63,932 nt of DNA, filler included, from Octopus bimaculoides (GCF_001194135.2; 5 parts of 5 records of this genome joined end to end with filler, not necessarily neighbours in it); one strand, 5' to 3'. Positions 39,798 to 52,845 are shown, counted from the whole stretch's first letter. Notes: generated by a model not told the origin, from the sequence alone. A program made the numbers and translations.

Positions 39798-42389
39798 ATG
39801 TGTGTTACACGAAAAGAGGAAAACCAGAATTGGTAATATTCAAGGTGACAGAGTGAAATCTATTGATGACCACGGCTGAGAAAGAAAGAAATTACATGTT
39901 GCCTATGAAATTAAATATAAATACTCTCTGAAGTTCATTCATAATATGGTGCAAAACGCATCTTACCTATTAGTAACAAGACACTACGCCAGCACCAAGA
40001 TGGAAACCCCCCCCCAAAAAACAATGCAAATAAAAGGTAATGGAAATAAAATAAATTCTTTTAAAATTGAAAGAAACCTTACTCGTGGCCACAATATCTT
40101 TATCCATGTTCTAGTAGTTTTATCCCTTTAACAATAGAAGAAAATACAGATAGAAAAACACGGGCTGGATTAAAACAGTTTTATAGAAATCTATTGTACT
40201 TCTAATTGGTTTCTGTTAATTAAGTGAGAGAACAAAAGTATACATATAATTTAATGTCATCGTCGATTTTCAGAAAGAATTTTACAAACAGTTATATATG
40301 TGTGTGTGTACGTGCGTGTCTATGTGCGTGCGTGATGCGTGTATATAAATATAAATATATATGTGTATATATATATATATATATATNNNNNNNNNNNNNN
40401 NNNNNNNNNNNNNNNNNNNNNNNNNNNNNNNNNNNNNNNNNNNNNNNNNNNNNNNNNNNNNNNNNNNNNNNNNNNNNNNNNNNNNNNNNNNNNNNNNNNN
40501 NNNNNNNNNNNNNNNNNNNNNNNNNNNNNNNNNNNNNNNNNNNNNNNNNNNNNNNNNNNNNNNNNNNNNNNNNNNNNNNNNNNNNNNNNNNNNNNNNNNN
40601 NNNNNNNNNNNNNNNNNNNNNNNNNNNNNNNNNNNNNNNNNNNNNNNNNNNNNNNNNNNNNNNNNNNNNNNNNNNNNNNNNNNNNNNNNNNNNNNNNNNN
40701 NNNNNNNNGACACTCGCACACATACATACAGAAAAAATATGTTAATAGATAGGTGGATAGAGATAGAAATGTACACACACACACACACACGCACGCACAC
40801 ACACACGCACGCACACACACACGCACGCACACACAGAGTTTAACTTTTACATAACAGTCAGGGTATTTTGAAGTATTTGATGAGATATACTGCAAGCAAA
40901 TGATTTGATGAGAAGTAATTATGATCATTAACCGAACATAGTTGTTTCGTGATTCCTTAATTTCAAACTATTTTCTCATTGACTTATATTTAATATTTAC
41001 TTTTCTCCATGTGTACGTAGTATCAATAAGTAAATGGGATTTTATGTTGGGGAAATGTTTCATGAATTTCAATTACATTAATTAAATGGAGTACCTAATG
41101 AACATTTATAACTATTATGTCTTTAATTTTCCTTCGCATTGTCTGGGGATCTTACAATACTTATTTGGCAGTAATTTAAACACACGCCATATTACTAACT
41201 GTGCATTAATTATATCTATGTTTACCAATCTGATACGCCATACATTCGAACACATGTTTGGACATATGAGCACACACACACAGGCACATAGGCACACAGA
41301 TACTCGCTTACAAATAGATATTCACTTGTATACGTTTGCATATATTCTTCGGAAAGCACAGAATTATAGATCTATAAGTACAAATACTAACACCCTCATA
41401 CTCTTTAATGCGATCCGATAAATCCAGCATTTTTAATGTCACCTTAGGGTACGTTCCGTCAATGATCAGGTATAGGTAATGCAGGTACCATGACAGATGT
41501 ATCCCCTTTTGGGGTTTTGAAATTTCCTTCAAAATAGAAGTTAGAATAATCTATTCCTGGAGAAGAAATATAATCCAAACAAATTTCGATGTGTAAATAA
41601 GAATTTTGACTAGTTTTGACTAGTCTGATGCATTGATAAGAGTTACCAACACAGCAGGAAAACTATCAGCCGTAGTGGTTGTAGTAGTAGTGGTGGTGGT
41701 GGTGGTGGTGGTGGAAGCAGTCACATTTGAAAGTTACACGACGAAACAGAAGTAGGACAAAATATAATTAGATTATCTTTTCTATATGAGTTCTTGCTGA
41801 ATTAATCTCGTTAACAAGTTCCATTGAAAACCAATGAAGCAGACAACACATAATATAAACAAAACAAATGAAAAAAGCAAGAAGGAAATGAAAGCTGAAC
41901 GTTTAGTTAATGGGATATAAGTTGTTTAACACAGAGTGTATTACAAAAATACATTTCATATAATTCTAATTAATTATCTATTCAACTCCTAATGAAAACG
42001 TTACAAAGCTGTACATCATAATGCGAATTTATGGATAAGAAGTTAGTGTCGCGTCCACTTGGTCGTCAGGTTTAACCCAGTCGTCTCTCGTAACCACAAC
42101 TTGACAACTCGCTTGTGCAATCAGCAACCAAAAATTTGAAACTGAATATATATATATATATATATATAGGTTATGAGCGATAATGGTGTCAATTAGACCC
42201 AAGGGTTTCAGGTAATGCTGAGTAAGTGCTATGGATAGACCATGGTTAGGCTCCAGGTTCGGTGATTATGCGAATAAGGGGTCCAACGTAGGTCATATAT
42301 CAGCGTGTGAATATAAGGATTTACTTTTCGTAATGAGATAAAAGACCAGGGCCGTGTATAATATAGAACATTCATAAATAGAATAGAAT

Positions 42390-42437
42390 GTCTTACAGCT
42401 GTTTCTAGGGTATTTATTATATCCCTTCATCGGAGAC
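42390..42437 (-). ncRNA. Type I hammerhead-like motif with variant core
   Basis: Stem I GUCU/AGAC; core CCGAUGA (U4C); stem II GGG..CCC with extra bases; GAAA; palindromic stem III ACAGCUGU; GUA site. Confidence 0.55.
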
Positions 42438-42684
42438 GGTGTGAGAGGATGATTAAGCAATATATATATATATATATATATATCAGCGTCCCTTGTTTAG
42501 ACGTAATCTGACTGAAAAGAACAACTGGCAAATGGTTTTGCCTCGGCTTGAAACCCTGCGCTCTTCAGAGGGATTACATAGTCTGACCGTTATCTGACAC
42601 TCTGTTGAACTGCCACTGAGAAACCCATGGGCAAGATCTGGCATAATCGATATATAATGCAGTACAATTCGATTAACAAACATC

Positions 42685-43500
42685 TATGTATGTTCCTGGA
42701 CTAGTTATGTTTAATTAAAAAAATAACTCATTTACCTAAGTTTTAACAGTATCTCCTTCGAAAAGGTCACCTTGCGCAGCGATACACCGGTTCTAGTGTT
42801 TCTGCCACTTTCGAAATTCGGCATGGATCTCGACAACGGAGTTTAAACGGTGACCTTTGAGATGCATTTTCATCTTGTGGAAGAAATGGCAGTCCGCAGG
42901 TGCTAAATCTGGCGACTGGGGCGGGTGCGGAAGTGATACTATGTTGTTTATGGCGAGAAACACGAGTGAGGAGAGGTCGGTGAAGAATCAAATTCTTTGC
43001 GCTCCACAGACCCGGTCGCATTCGCTGAATGCCCTGCCTCAACCGCTTCAAAACGTCACGGTAGAAGTCTCGATTAACCGTCTGGCTCTGGAGGGCGAAT
43101 TCTCGAAGCACAATGCCACATTTTCGGAGGGTGAGACAAGTTTTCTATGTTTCAGGGACGTTCTTCCGTTTTTGAAGCGCCCATGTCATCCGAAACATTG
43201 TGTACGACCCATTGTCTCGTCAACGTAAGCCTGCGGAAGCATGCTCTATGTCTCTGTAGCAGACTTCCCAAGTTTAAGGCAAAATTTCACATTGGCTCTT
43301 TGTTCCTATCCATGATGAAATCGCAGACAACAGCATACGTGTCACCACAAAAACACAAATTGCGAAGTAAACACAGCGATATCACCTGGCACATTGCCTC
43401 ATGAGAGTCACTGCTAGTTCTCATTGCGCACGCAACCGCGTGGTGCCATCTGTTAAAACGCTACAGAACTCTTCCAGGAACTTTTTTGATACCGCTTATA
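42685..43500 (-). mobile_element. Decayed mariner (DD34D-type) transposon fragment with frameshifts
   Basis: QTVNRDFYRDVLKRLRQGIQRMRPGLWSAKNLILH, then in another frame HPPQSPDLAPADCHFFHKMKMHLKGHR...NRCIAAQGDLFEGD. Residual terminal inverted similarity (gttcctgga) at both ends. Confidence 0.8.
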
Positions 43501-43734
43501 CATTCATACACACATACACATGTATGACTTCGCAAGTGTCTACAACGACAGAATTCCTATCATATCCACAAGAGATGTAGGTTTGTGTAAATAAATAAAA
43601 AGGATGTATATGTATCAATACATTACGGCCGTTTCAAGCGGCTCCATTTAATCGATCAATGAAAGCATTACATCAATTTGAAAGAATCCGCTCTCCTAAG
43701 ATACCTAAGTCAACTGAATCTTAATTATGTATCT

Positions 43735-43808
43735 GTATGTATGTATGTATGTATGTATGTATGTATGTATGTATGTATGTATGTATGTATGTATGTATGT
43801 ATATATAT
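43735..43808. repeat. (TATG)n microsatellite
   Basis: Direct. Confidence 0.95.
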
Positions 43809-44383
43809 ANNNNNNNNNNNNNNNNNNNNNNNNNNNNNNNNNNNNNNNNNNNNNNNNNNNNNNNNNNNNNNNNNNNNNNNNNNNNNNNNNNNNNNNNNNN
43901 NNNNNNNNNNNNNNNNNNNNNNNNNNNNNNNNNNNNNNNNNNNNNNNNNNNNNNNNNNNNNNNNNNNNNNNNNNNNNNNNNNNNNNNNNNNNNNNNNNNN
44001 NNNNNNNNNNNNNNNNNNNNNNNNNNNNNNNNNNNNNNNNNNNNNNNNNNNNNNNNNNNNNNNNNNNNNNNNNNNNNNNNNNNNNNNNNNNNNNNNNNNN
44101 NNNNNNNNNNNNNNNNNNNNNNNNNNNNNNNNNNNNNNNNNNNNNNNNNNNNNNNNNNNNNNNNNNNNNNNNNNNNNCGATAATACAGCTGATGAAAATT
44201 GACTCAAGAACGCATTCGGCAAACTAAGTGAAATACAGTAGGGTTTAGATTATCCAACTGAACTCAATGAAAAGATGTTTATTATTTGATCGGAAAAATT
44301 AAAATTTTATAATTGGCGGTTCACCGTGTCAATATCCCCCGATATTCTGTCGGTTATGTAATAGTGTAGTAACCAAGTGTGAA

Positions 44384-44645
44384 GGCGAGTGGCTGAGTGG
44401 TTAGGGCATTCGGCTCACGATCCTAAGGTCGTAAGTTCAATTCCCGCCGGTGCGTTGTGTCCTTCAGCAAGAAACTTTATTTTGCGTTGCTCCAGTCCAC
44501 TCAGCTGGCAAACGTGAGTTGTACCTGTATTTGAAAGGGCCAGCCTTGCCACACTCTGTGTCACTCTGAATCTCCCTGAGAACTATGTTAAGGGTACGCA
44601 TGTCTGTTAATTTCACGAGCAGGCTGTTCCGTTGATCGGATCAAC
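44384..44645 (+). mobile_element. tRNA-derived SINE family C
   Basis: A box TGGCTGAGTGGTTAG, B box AGTTCAATTCC, then gtgtccttcagcaag..ttgctccagtccactcagctg. Confidence 0.85.
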
Positions 44646-45733
44646 TGCGCAGGAAAGGAAGTGTTGCATACTTGAAAGATGTTGCTTTGTATGCTATGTC
44701 GAGACGTAAAAGTGCGAAATAACATAAACGAATAAAAATCTTTTTTCCTCCTGACCAGACTGACATACTACTTGAAGCCAAAAACATTGATGTTAAATGA
44801 ATAACTCATGGTTTTAGAAGTTGCATAAGTCACTGGCACATTGCTTGATTTTTAAATACTCTCTAAAATTTTCTAAAGGTGCCTTTTTTTTTCTTAAATA
44901 TATACATACTTTTTAAAAATATGCATTCAAAAAAAAAAAAAATGATATACATATTTGCATTCATTTACTTTTAACTGTTTCAAGACGCAAAATGGGAATA
45001 AGTGTAAAAAAAAAAAAAATAGCGAAATTTAAAGCAACATAAATTCAGAGTCAAAAAATATAAAATGGATGAAGAGATCGGATACAAAATGAAACTACCA
45101 GCTTTCTGATGGAAGTAAAAATCATTTGCGCGTGTCTGCAAAATCACTTGCGTTATGCACTTCAATACGCTTAACTTATTAGAAACAGGTCCGTACGATT
45201 GATTATTGCCATTTCTTATTAAACATTTATCTTCATGATTAAAAAAAATATCATGCATGACTGGAAATTTGCAGATACGTTTATTTCTTGCCAAGTTTAG
45301 CATTTAAATACGTAATATAATTTAAATTCAAGAAATTATATCCTGGATTTTTCAAAAATTATTATTTATCCTATATTACTTTTTAGGAATGTAACATGCA
45401 TATTATTATATCTAATAAAGAATATAATAAACAAACCGATAAATGCATAAAACATATATACAGAATGCAATTATAAAACGGAAAATGAAATCACATATGA
45501 AATAAGATTTTGACAATATTTAATTCCGTTTTAGAAATTCTGCAGCAGAATTAATATAAATTTCCCAAACATGCCAATAAACCACAGAGTGTAGAAGATG
45601 ACATTTATCTAAATTTATATATATCTGTGTGTGTGTGTGTGTGTGTGAATAACTATGTATAATGTATGTATGCGTAAATATATGCAGACATGATCCTGTC
45701 TGTCTGACTGCCTCTCTCTCACACACACTCTTC

Positions 45734-45787
<54 letters not shown>

Positions 45788-45797
45788 NNNNNNNNNN

Positions 45798-46615
45798 TGA
45801 GGCCGACGTTATGCTTCCATTCTTCCCAAATGGCTTCATAAAAAAATCTTGAAATACTGGCTTCAACCACGGCCTCCGGACGACTTTCAAATCTCCTGCA
45901 ACTCATCTGGACGGTCCCCTCGTTTAAGTTGCTGAATGCTGCCATAATCCTTGCCTTCAGTTCATCTTTGGTGTTACAAGAAGTTTTTGTTGGTCTCTCG
46001 CTCAACTGCGTTCCACACATAATAATCAAGGGGGTTGCAGTCTGGGGAGATGTTAGGGTTGATGGTTGCAATTTGGGATGGCCAGATGCTAGGGATGATC
46101 TGATCGCAGAAACTGTCTGACAGCCATGACTGGGTTCTCCTGCTTGTGTGACATGGTGCAGAGTCCTGTTGGCAGACATAGGGTCTTCCAGCAGCCACCC
46201 TCTTAACCCAGGGTAGTACTATCTTCTCCAGGCACTTGATGTAGGCCTCCGTGTTGAATCTGAAACCGTGCGGGAAGAATGGCGGCATAACGTCTACATC
46301 ATTAGATATCACTCTAAACACCATGATGTTGACTGGATGTTTGATGTTTATCACTCTCGGTACATGTCTTCAGATTGCATTGTACTCAAATTCACACCCA
46401 AACACACTGAAGTTTTCGTATTGGAGCTTCCGGCGGGCGCGAATGCCAAACAGTACAGCATGTCGTTTGTAAACTTCTGGCAGAGTACATTGCCTCATGG
46501 TGTCGTTTTTCTCACAGACGGTGCCCAACTGACCCTACCATAGTGTGTAGTCAACCGAATAAAAAACAAACAATGCGCCTACGCAAAATCAAAAATATAA
46601 AATCGCGACAATTTA
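45798..46615 (-). mobile_element. Decayed, internally deleted Tc1/mariner transposon of the DD37D (maT) type
   Basis: KHPVNIMVFRVISNDVDVMPPFF...YVCQQDSAPCHTSRRTQSWL...WP...SPDCNPLDYYVWNAVERETNK, then after a frameshift CNTKDELKARIMAAFSNLNEGTVQMSCRRFESRPEAVVEA. The 5' UTR-like part runs into the gap at about 46616. Confidence 0.85.
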
Positions 46616-47224
46616 NNNNNNNNNNNNNNNNNNNNNNNNNNNNNNNNNNNNNNNNNNNNNNNNNNNNNNNNNNNNNNNNNNNNNNNNNNNNNNNNNNNNN
46701 NNNNNNNNNNNNNNNNNNNNNNNNNNNNNNNNNNNNNNNNNNNNNNNNNNNNNNNNNNNNNNNNNNNNNNNNNNNNNNNNNNNNNNNNNNNNNNNNNNNN
46801 NNNNNNNNNNNNNNNNNNNNNNNNNNNNNNNNNNNNNNNNNNNNNNNNNNNNNNNNNNNNNNNNNNNNNNNNNNNNNNNNNNNNNNNNNNNNNNNNNNNN
46901 NNNNNNNNNNNNNNNNNNNNNNNNNNNNNNNNNNNNNNNNNNNNNNNNNNNNNNNNNNNNNNNNNNNNNNNNNNNNNNNNNNNNNNNNNNNNNNNNNNNN
47001 NNNNNNNNNNNNNNNNNNNNNNNNNNNNNNNNNNNNNNNNNNNNNNNNNNNNNNNNNNNNNNNNNNNNNNNNNNNNNNNNNNNNNNNNNNNNNNNNNNNN
47101 NNNNNNNNNNNNNNNNNNNNNNNNNNNNNNNNNNNNNNNNNNNNNNNNNNNNNNNNNNNNNNNNNNNNNNNNNNNNNNNNNNNNNNNNNNNNNNNNNNNN
47201 NNNNNNNNNNNNNNNNNNNNNNNN

Positions 47225-47267
<43 letters not shown>

Positions 47268-47391
47268 TGGAATAGGTCAGCGGGAATTAATTTCGCTGAT
47301 GGGAACGCATTCCTCAGCGCCGCAAATTGGACAGGGACCGTCCAACTTGATGCCATTTTTTCTGAGTTTCCTTCGTATAATAATATTGATG

Positions 47392-47585
47392 TCAAATTTT
47401 GGCACAAGGCCACTAATTTCGGGGAAGTGGTTAAGTCGATTACGTCGACCCCACTGCTCGACTAGTACTTATTTTATTTACTCCAAAATGATGAAAGGTA
47501 AAGTCGACCTCAGCAGAATTTGAAGTCAGAAACACCAGTAAGCATTTTGCCCAGCGTGCTGACGATTCTGCCAGCTCACCGCTTT
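47392..47585 (-). mobile_element. SINE family B (a further degenerate piece lies at about 47660-47760)
   Basis: aaaggtaaagtcgacctcagcagaatttgaagtcagaa...gattctgccagctcacc. Confidence 0.85.
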
Positions 47586-48887
47586 CCTTCGTAGAATAAT
47601 ATCAATTTCTTATATAGGTATAAAACCGTACATTTGAAAAACAATATTGTCCAAGATTGCGCCAATCTTATTAGCTTATTTTATCGACCCCGTGAGGATG
47701 AAAAGAAAAGTCAACCCCATTTAGATTTTAAGCTTAGGATGTAGAGTGCCAGATGTAGACTGCCAGATATTTCCTTCGATGCTCGACCATTTATCGCTTT
47801 GTGTAGTATTATATCGCAGTGGTAAAGTATTCTGAACACTTGTGGTGGTAGTCTGCTTATTGGTATTTGTTTCATTGACAGACGTGTGATTGTGTGGGAT
47901 AGATTAAGCAGAAATCTTTCGAGAATGTTTTCTCCTATACTAATTTCTGCAGATGTTCTGCAGACTTTATTCGATGCTAATTGAAAGATGGCGGACGTTT
48001 ATCTTCAATAGAATATATCAGAACATGCTAACGTTGATTATATAACAAGAAACATGATATCATTTTAAAACAAAATAACTGAAACGACTCGTGATTAATG
48101 GATTCCCTCGTTGAGATTATTTTGTTTGTTACCTTTTAATGTTCCCTCTTCTATATTCCCCTTTTAGTTTCATAAATGAATTGTATTGAATTAAGAAATC
48201 GAAAGAATACAAAAGTTAGGAAAACGCGCTCACCTGTCATTGTAGGTTTACAGTTGTACATAACAGTAATAATCACACAATGCAGATGTATACGGCTGCA
48301 GAGTATTGATTTTTAATTCCATTTACAATTTACATCTAGCAACAGTCACAAACGTTTATATGTTAAAACATATGACATAAACCACATCGGTGCAGTCATG
48401 TAAATTGTTAAAAGCCTTTGAAGCCTGAGGCTTGTATACAGATTATTAGCCTTAGATTTTGTAGTAGAAATAACGAGCTGAAAGAAGATTTGTCGCCTAA
48501 ATAAGAGGTTAGTCACTTGAGAATATATTTCTCCGAAAGCAGTCGTAACTATTTCGCAGGTTTAAGTGAGTTAAGTTTTCTTTTTAAACGTCAACAACGC
48601 ATCTTCAACGAAACCCCAGCCTGAGACAGAAGTTTCATATCGTGTAAATCTGTCTTTTATTTCACACAACTTGAAGATTCTTTTAACCTTGAATTTAGAA
48701 TTTGATTTGGTAGACAGTTGAGCTGCTTTCATATACTTACATTCGACCCTGTCTCACTGATTTTCTTGTTTCAGTGTATATATTTTAATATTTTTTGCAT
48801 AGTATTACATAATGTTAGATTGGAGGAGAATATATTTTTATAAAAACACATTGTAATTCTAATTCTAATTCTTTTTATTATTATCAT

Positions 48888-49831
48888 TTTCATTTGCATC
48901 TTCTTTCAATTCTGTTTCTATTTCTTGCCGAGTGTCTTCCTGACATCTAGGGCAGAGACACGCACTGTATACATTGGTAGGGCATTAAAATAAGCACACC
49001 AGATTGTTCATTTACAAAGTCTTGTTAGGAAGAAAAAGCGGAAAACAGAGAGAAAAATAAANNNNNNNNNNTTTCAGTACCTTTTTGGATCATTCCAAGT
49101 GCTTCTACAATCACTGGTATTGTAACCGTCTTGAGACGCCACATCTTTTCGATTTCGATTAGCAAATCTAAATATTTTCTGAGCTTATCAAATTCTTTTG
49201 CAGAGATATTATGGTCACAGGGTATGATACTCATGTCAATCAATAAACAAACTGTACTGTTTTGGTCTTTCACAGCAATATCTGGTTTATTTGCTTTGAT
49301 GGTCAGGTCTGTATGTACTGCGACGTCCCAAAGACTAGTTCCATTTTCTCCCTCAGTTACAGCCTCAGGATGGTGTTTGTACCATTTGTCAGCAGTCTTG
49401 ATTTTATAATGCCGATACACTATCCAAAGTATATATTGGCCAATTCTGTCATGTCTTGATTTTCACTCTACAGGTGCTAAAACCTTACATCCAGAGCTTA
49501 GGTTGTGTACTGTTTCTATCTCATCGTTGCAGTATCGGCACTTTGGTTCTACACTATTTTTCATCACGTTGGCTTGATAGTTCCGGGTCAATAAGCTCTG
49601 ATTTTGGGCAACCAAGATACAACCTTCACTCTCTGCCTTTAGCCCTGAGATCCGTAGCCACTGATGGGTGTGCTTCTGGTCTACATCAGTTTGTTTGCTA
49701 CGGGCCGCATGTTTGTGATGCAAAGGTTTTTGTTTCCACCTATCAGCCAATTGTTCAAACGCATTTTGCTTTGCTATTGATTTAACCTTCTTTGCAACTA
49801 CAGTTGCTGCACTTCCATCATGCTGTTCAAC
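48888..49831 (-). mobile_element. 5'-truncated R4/Dong-like non-LTR retrotransposon (restriction-like endonuclease clade), pseudogenised
   Basis: Minus-strand frame: WLRISGLKAESEGCILVAQNQSLLTRNY...CRYCNDEIETVHNLSSGC (CCHC knuckle)...E*KSRHDRIGQYILW...ANKPDIAVKD...LIDMS...EIEKMW (KPD..D RLE motif). The two ORF-track pieces are in the same frame, split by one TGA. (TAA)n-type runs lie on both flanks. Confidence 0.85.
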
Positions 49832-50036
49832 TTATCATTATTATTATTATCATTATTATTATTATTATCATTATTATTCCTTCGTGACACAGTGTAGGTA
49901 AAAATGCACCGGAGTCTTTAGTCATCTGTCAAATCACAACAAGGACCTCAGACAGATAATACTTTCCTTAAGAAAGAATAATAATAACATCGAAAAATAC
50001 CTTAGGAATGAGAACCCAGGTCCGAAATTTCCCTAA

Positions 50037-50082
50037 GACACCTGATGAAGGCTGGAGGGTATATCAGCTGAAACGTTGTGTT
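50037..50082 (+). ncRNA. Minimal type I hammerhead ribozyme motif (Penelope-associated type), apparently intact
   Basis: Stem I GACAC/GUGUU; core CUGAUGA; extra A; stem II GGCUG/CAGCU; GAAA; palindromic stem III ACGU; GUU cleavage site after 50077. Sits in a short dispersed-repeat context (49981-50135). Confidence 0.75.
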
Positions 50083-51680
50083 AACAACAAACAAGATGGG
50101 GACAAATATCCGTCAAATGTAAACAATGTAAATAATCTAACAAGATTATTTTAATTCTTCTTCATACTTTCGTTGTGGGTAAAACAATTAAAAATCTTGT
50201 ATATTTTAAATGGTTTCATGTGTACCTCATCTTTTTCACTTAATCGTATTTCAAGTTATCTCTTTATGAGACAAATTTTTCATAGCTGGGCTACCGTACA
50301 CAGTAAAATTTCTCTTGCTACTTAATTACGTCCCTTTAATATCTGCGCTTCAATGAAACATTGCATTTTCTCATTTCAGTCACAAATATACAAAATAATT
50401 AGCAATCATTGTTTCCTTTCAATAGACTATAGTCTAAGGAACGGAATGAGGTTTGCGGTTATTCACTGCTTTTAAAAAAATCATAATTGCACTTATTCTA
50501 TCTAAAATAACATTAGTTTTTGTTTTTATGTCTAAAAAGGAGGTGAATAATTGATGTAAAGATTGCATCCCTTGTAATATACAAAATACGCAAATGAAAA
50601 GAAATTTTACAAGTTCTGTAAAATATAATATGCTCCAGGGATCAACAATGTATTACATTTTTATTCGAATAAAACTGTAGCAATTTTTCATTCAAACTAT
50701 AAATTATTCAACAGAGGAACGAAAGCAAAGCATATATACTTATGAAAATAAGTCACCGACATTAGGTAAAACTAAAAATACCTTTGACAATTTTTAATTT
50801 ACCTTATCAAATAAATAAGCTTGGCGACATAGAATCAACGTATGTGTTATGTTTAACAACGCTACATCAGTTGATATTAAAAATGGTATCAGCGGCGATG
50901 ATAACTAGAGACAGAATATCCGACGCTTATAACTGCAAGCTGATAGATACTGTTACAACCACCATCATCACTAACACCTTACATAATATATTTCTGTCAA
51001 TTATTTCTACCACTGGAAATACATCTTACTTCAATAGTATCAATTACAGGAATTGATGTAAGCGCGCGTTGCTCTCATTAAATAGTCGATAAAGCCATTG
51101 GATTGGTATTTGTGTTAATATTATCATCACATTTTGAAATTTGCGTCTTACTTCAACTGCGTCTGGGGGATTTCTATTTATAAGTGTATGTTGTATATAT
51201 GATTGCATTAACTCTGGGCTATGTTTCCATTTGTGACCATCCAGTTTTATACCGAATGTTTATATTCTTTACTCACATTTTCTTATGTTCCGTTCTAAGT
51301 TGTGTCATGTGGTGCTTTACGATTCTTTCTCGCTGTATGAGAGCGTGATGCGGGGCTGAGAGCGTGTCATGTTTTTATGGCCGATATATCATATTGAGGT
51401 AGAAAAAGTTTACAATTCCATCAAAGGAAACGCCTGGAGTCAGTTTGCCAAACCACGTTGGATACTAACAGTTTGTTCTCGGGAGAGTGGATGTGTGGCT
51501 TGTTGTTTAAAAGTGTTTGCGTTGGTAGCACGCATCATTAGTTAGCATCTCACCAGGTGTATACAGCGATCAATCACAATATCATATTCATGCGTAAATA
51601 CATGCAAGCACACATATATATATACACATACAGAGATGTATTTATATATATGCATATATATATATATGTGTGTGTGTGTG

Positions 51681-51748
<68 letters not shown>

Positions 51749-51848
51749 NNNNNNNNNNNNNNNNNNNNNNNNNNNNNNNNNNNNNNNNNNNNTTAATTAA
51801 TTAANNNNNNNNNNNNNNNNNNNNNNNNNNNNNNNNNNNNNNNNNNNN

Positions 51849-51898
<50 letters not shown>

Positions 51899-52289
51899 CG
51901 TATTGTATATATATGTATTTGTATGTGTGCATATGTATACGTCTATTAGTATGTGCTTATATATGTATGTGTATATGTAAACACATTTATGTGTATATAT
52001 ACGTATGTGCATATACATTTATATATGTAGGTATGTCGATGCTTGTGCATGTACTCAAATCTATATACGTATGTGTGTGTGTGTATTTGTAGCACCAATG
52101 AAATTCTGTCCAGCCCCCATTTTATCGATCAGTGTCTGTCTTAATACAAGTTTAATTAATTATTGTCATTTACCCCCTAACGTCCTCCCGCTTCATTCCC
52201 CCATCCCCAATACACCCACACACCTAGGCACCACCAAATTCCATCCTCCGCCTCTCGATTCCTCCCTAATCCCGAGGCCCGAATCAATG

Positions 52290-52540
52290 AATTCGTATGA
52301 CCCAAATCCCTTTCAAATTGGAGAAGACAAGACCAGCATTCTTGCTTTCGCTCTCCCTAGACCTTCACCACGAATGAGTCCGCGGATCCTAAGAATACAC
52401 CCCGTCAGGAAACACTACCCTAAACTCCTTTCACTGACTACACCCTTCACAAATCAACCCCAGCACCCTGCTGTAACATCCTTGACCCCTCTCGTTTTCT
52501 GCCCCTAGATACTGAGGCGTCTGGTTACAATGCGAAATGC
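52290..52540 (+). mobile_element. Possible heavily decayed Ty3/Gypsy pol relic
   Basis: Across frames: FQIGEDKTSILAFALP..RM..KNTP (RT-like) and APCCNILDPSRFLPLDTEASGY (RNase-H-like, cf. AP.L..PD.SRPF.LDTDASGY). Confidence 0.3.
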
Positions 52541-52627
52541 ATTTGACCAACAGACTCCTTGTCTTCATTCTTTTTCTTCTTCTTCTTCTTCTTCTTCTTC
52601 TTCTTCTAGTTGTCGTTGTTATTATTA

Positions 52628-52825
52628 AGGTGGCAAGGTGGCAAAAATGTTTGGCGGTATTCCGTCTCTCTTCATGTTCTGAGTTCAAATTCCGTCGACG
52701 TCGACTTTGCATTTCATCCTTTCGGGGTCAATAATTTAGGTACCAGTGAAACACTGGGGTCAATTACATCGACGAGCCCCCTCCCCACAAAATTTCAGGC
52801 CTTGTGCCTATAGTAGAAAGGATTA
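52628..52825 (+). mobile_element. SINE family B
   Basis: gagttcaaattccgtcgacgtcgactttgcatttcatcctttcggggtc. Confidence 0.9.
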
Positions 52826-52845
52826 TTATTATTATTGTTTAAAAT

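Noticed and set aside
47984-47996. YY1-like AAGATGGCGG motif
   Set aside because: Single short motif; the ATG is followed by a stop after 7 codons and there is no other promoter evidence.
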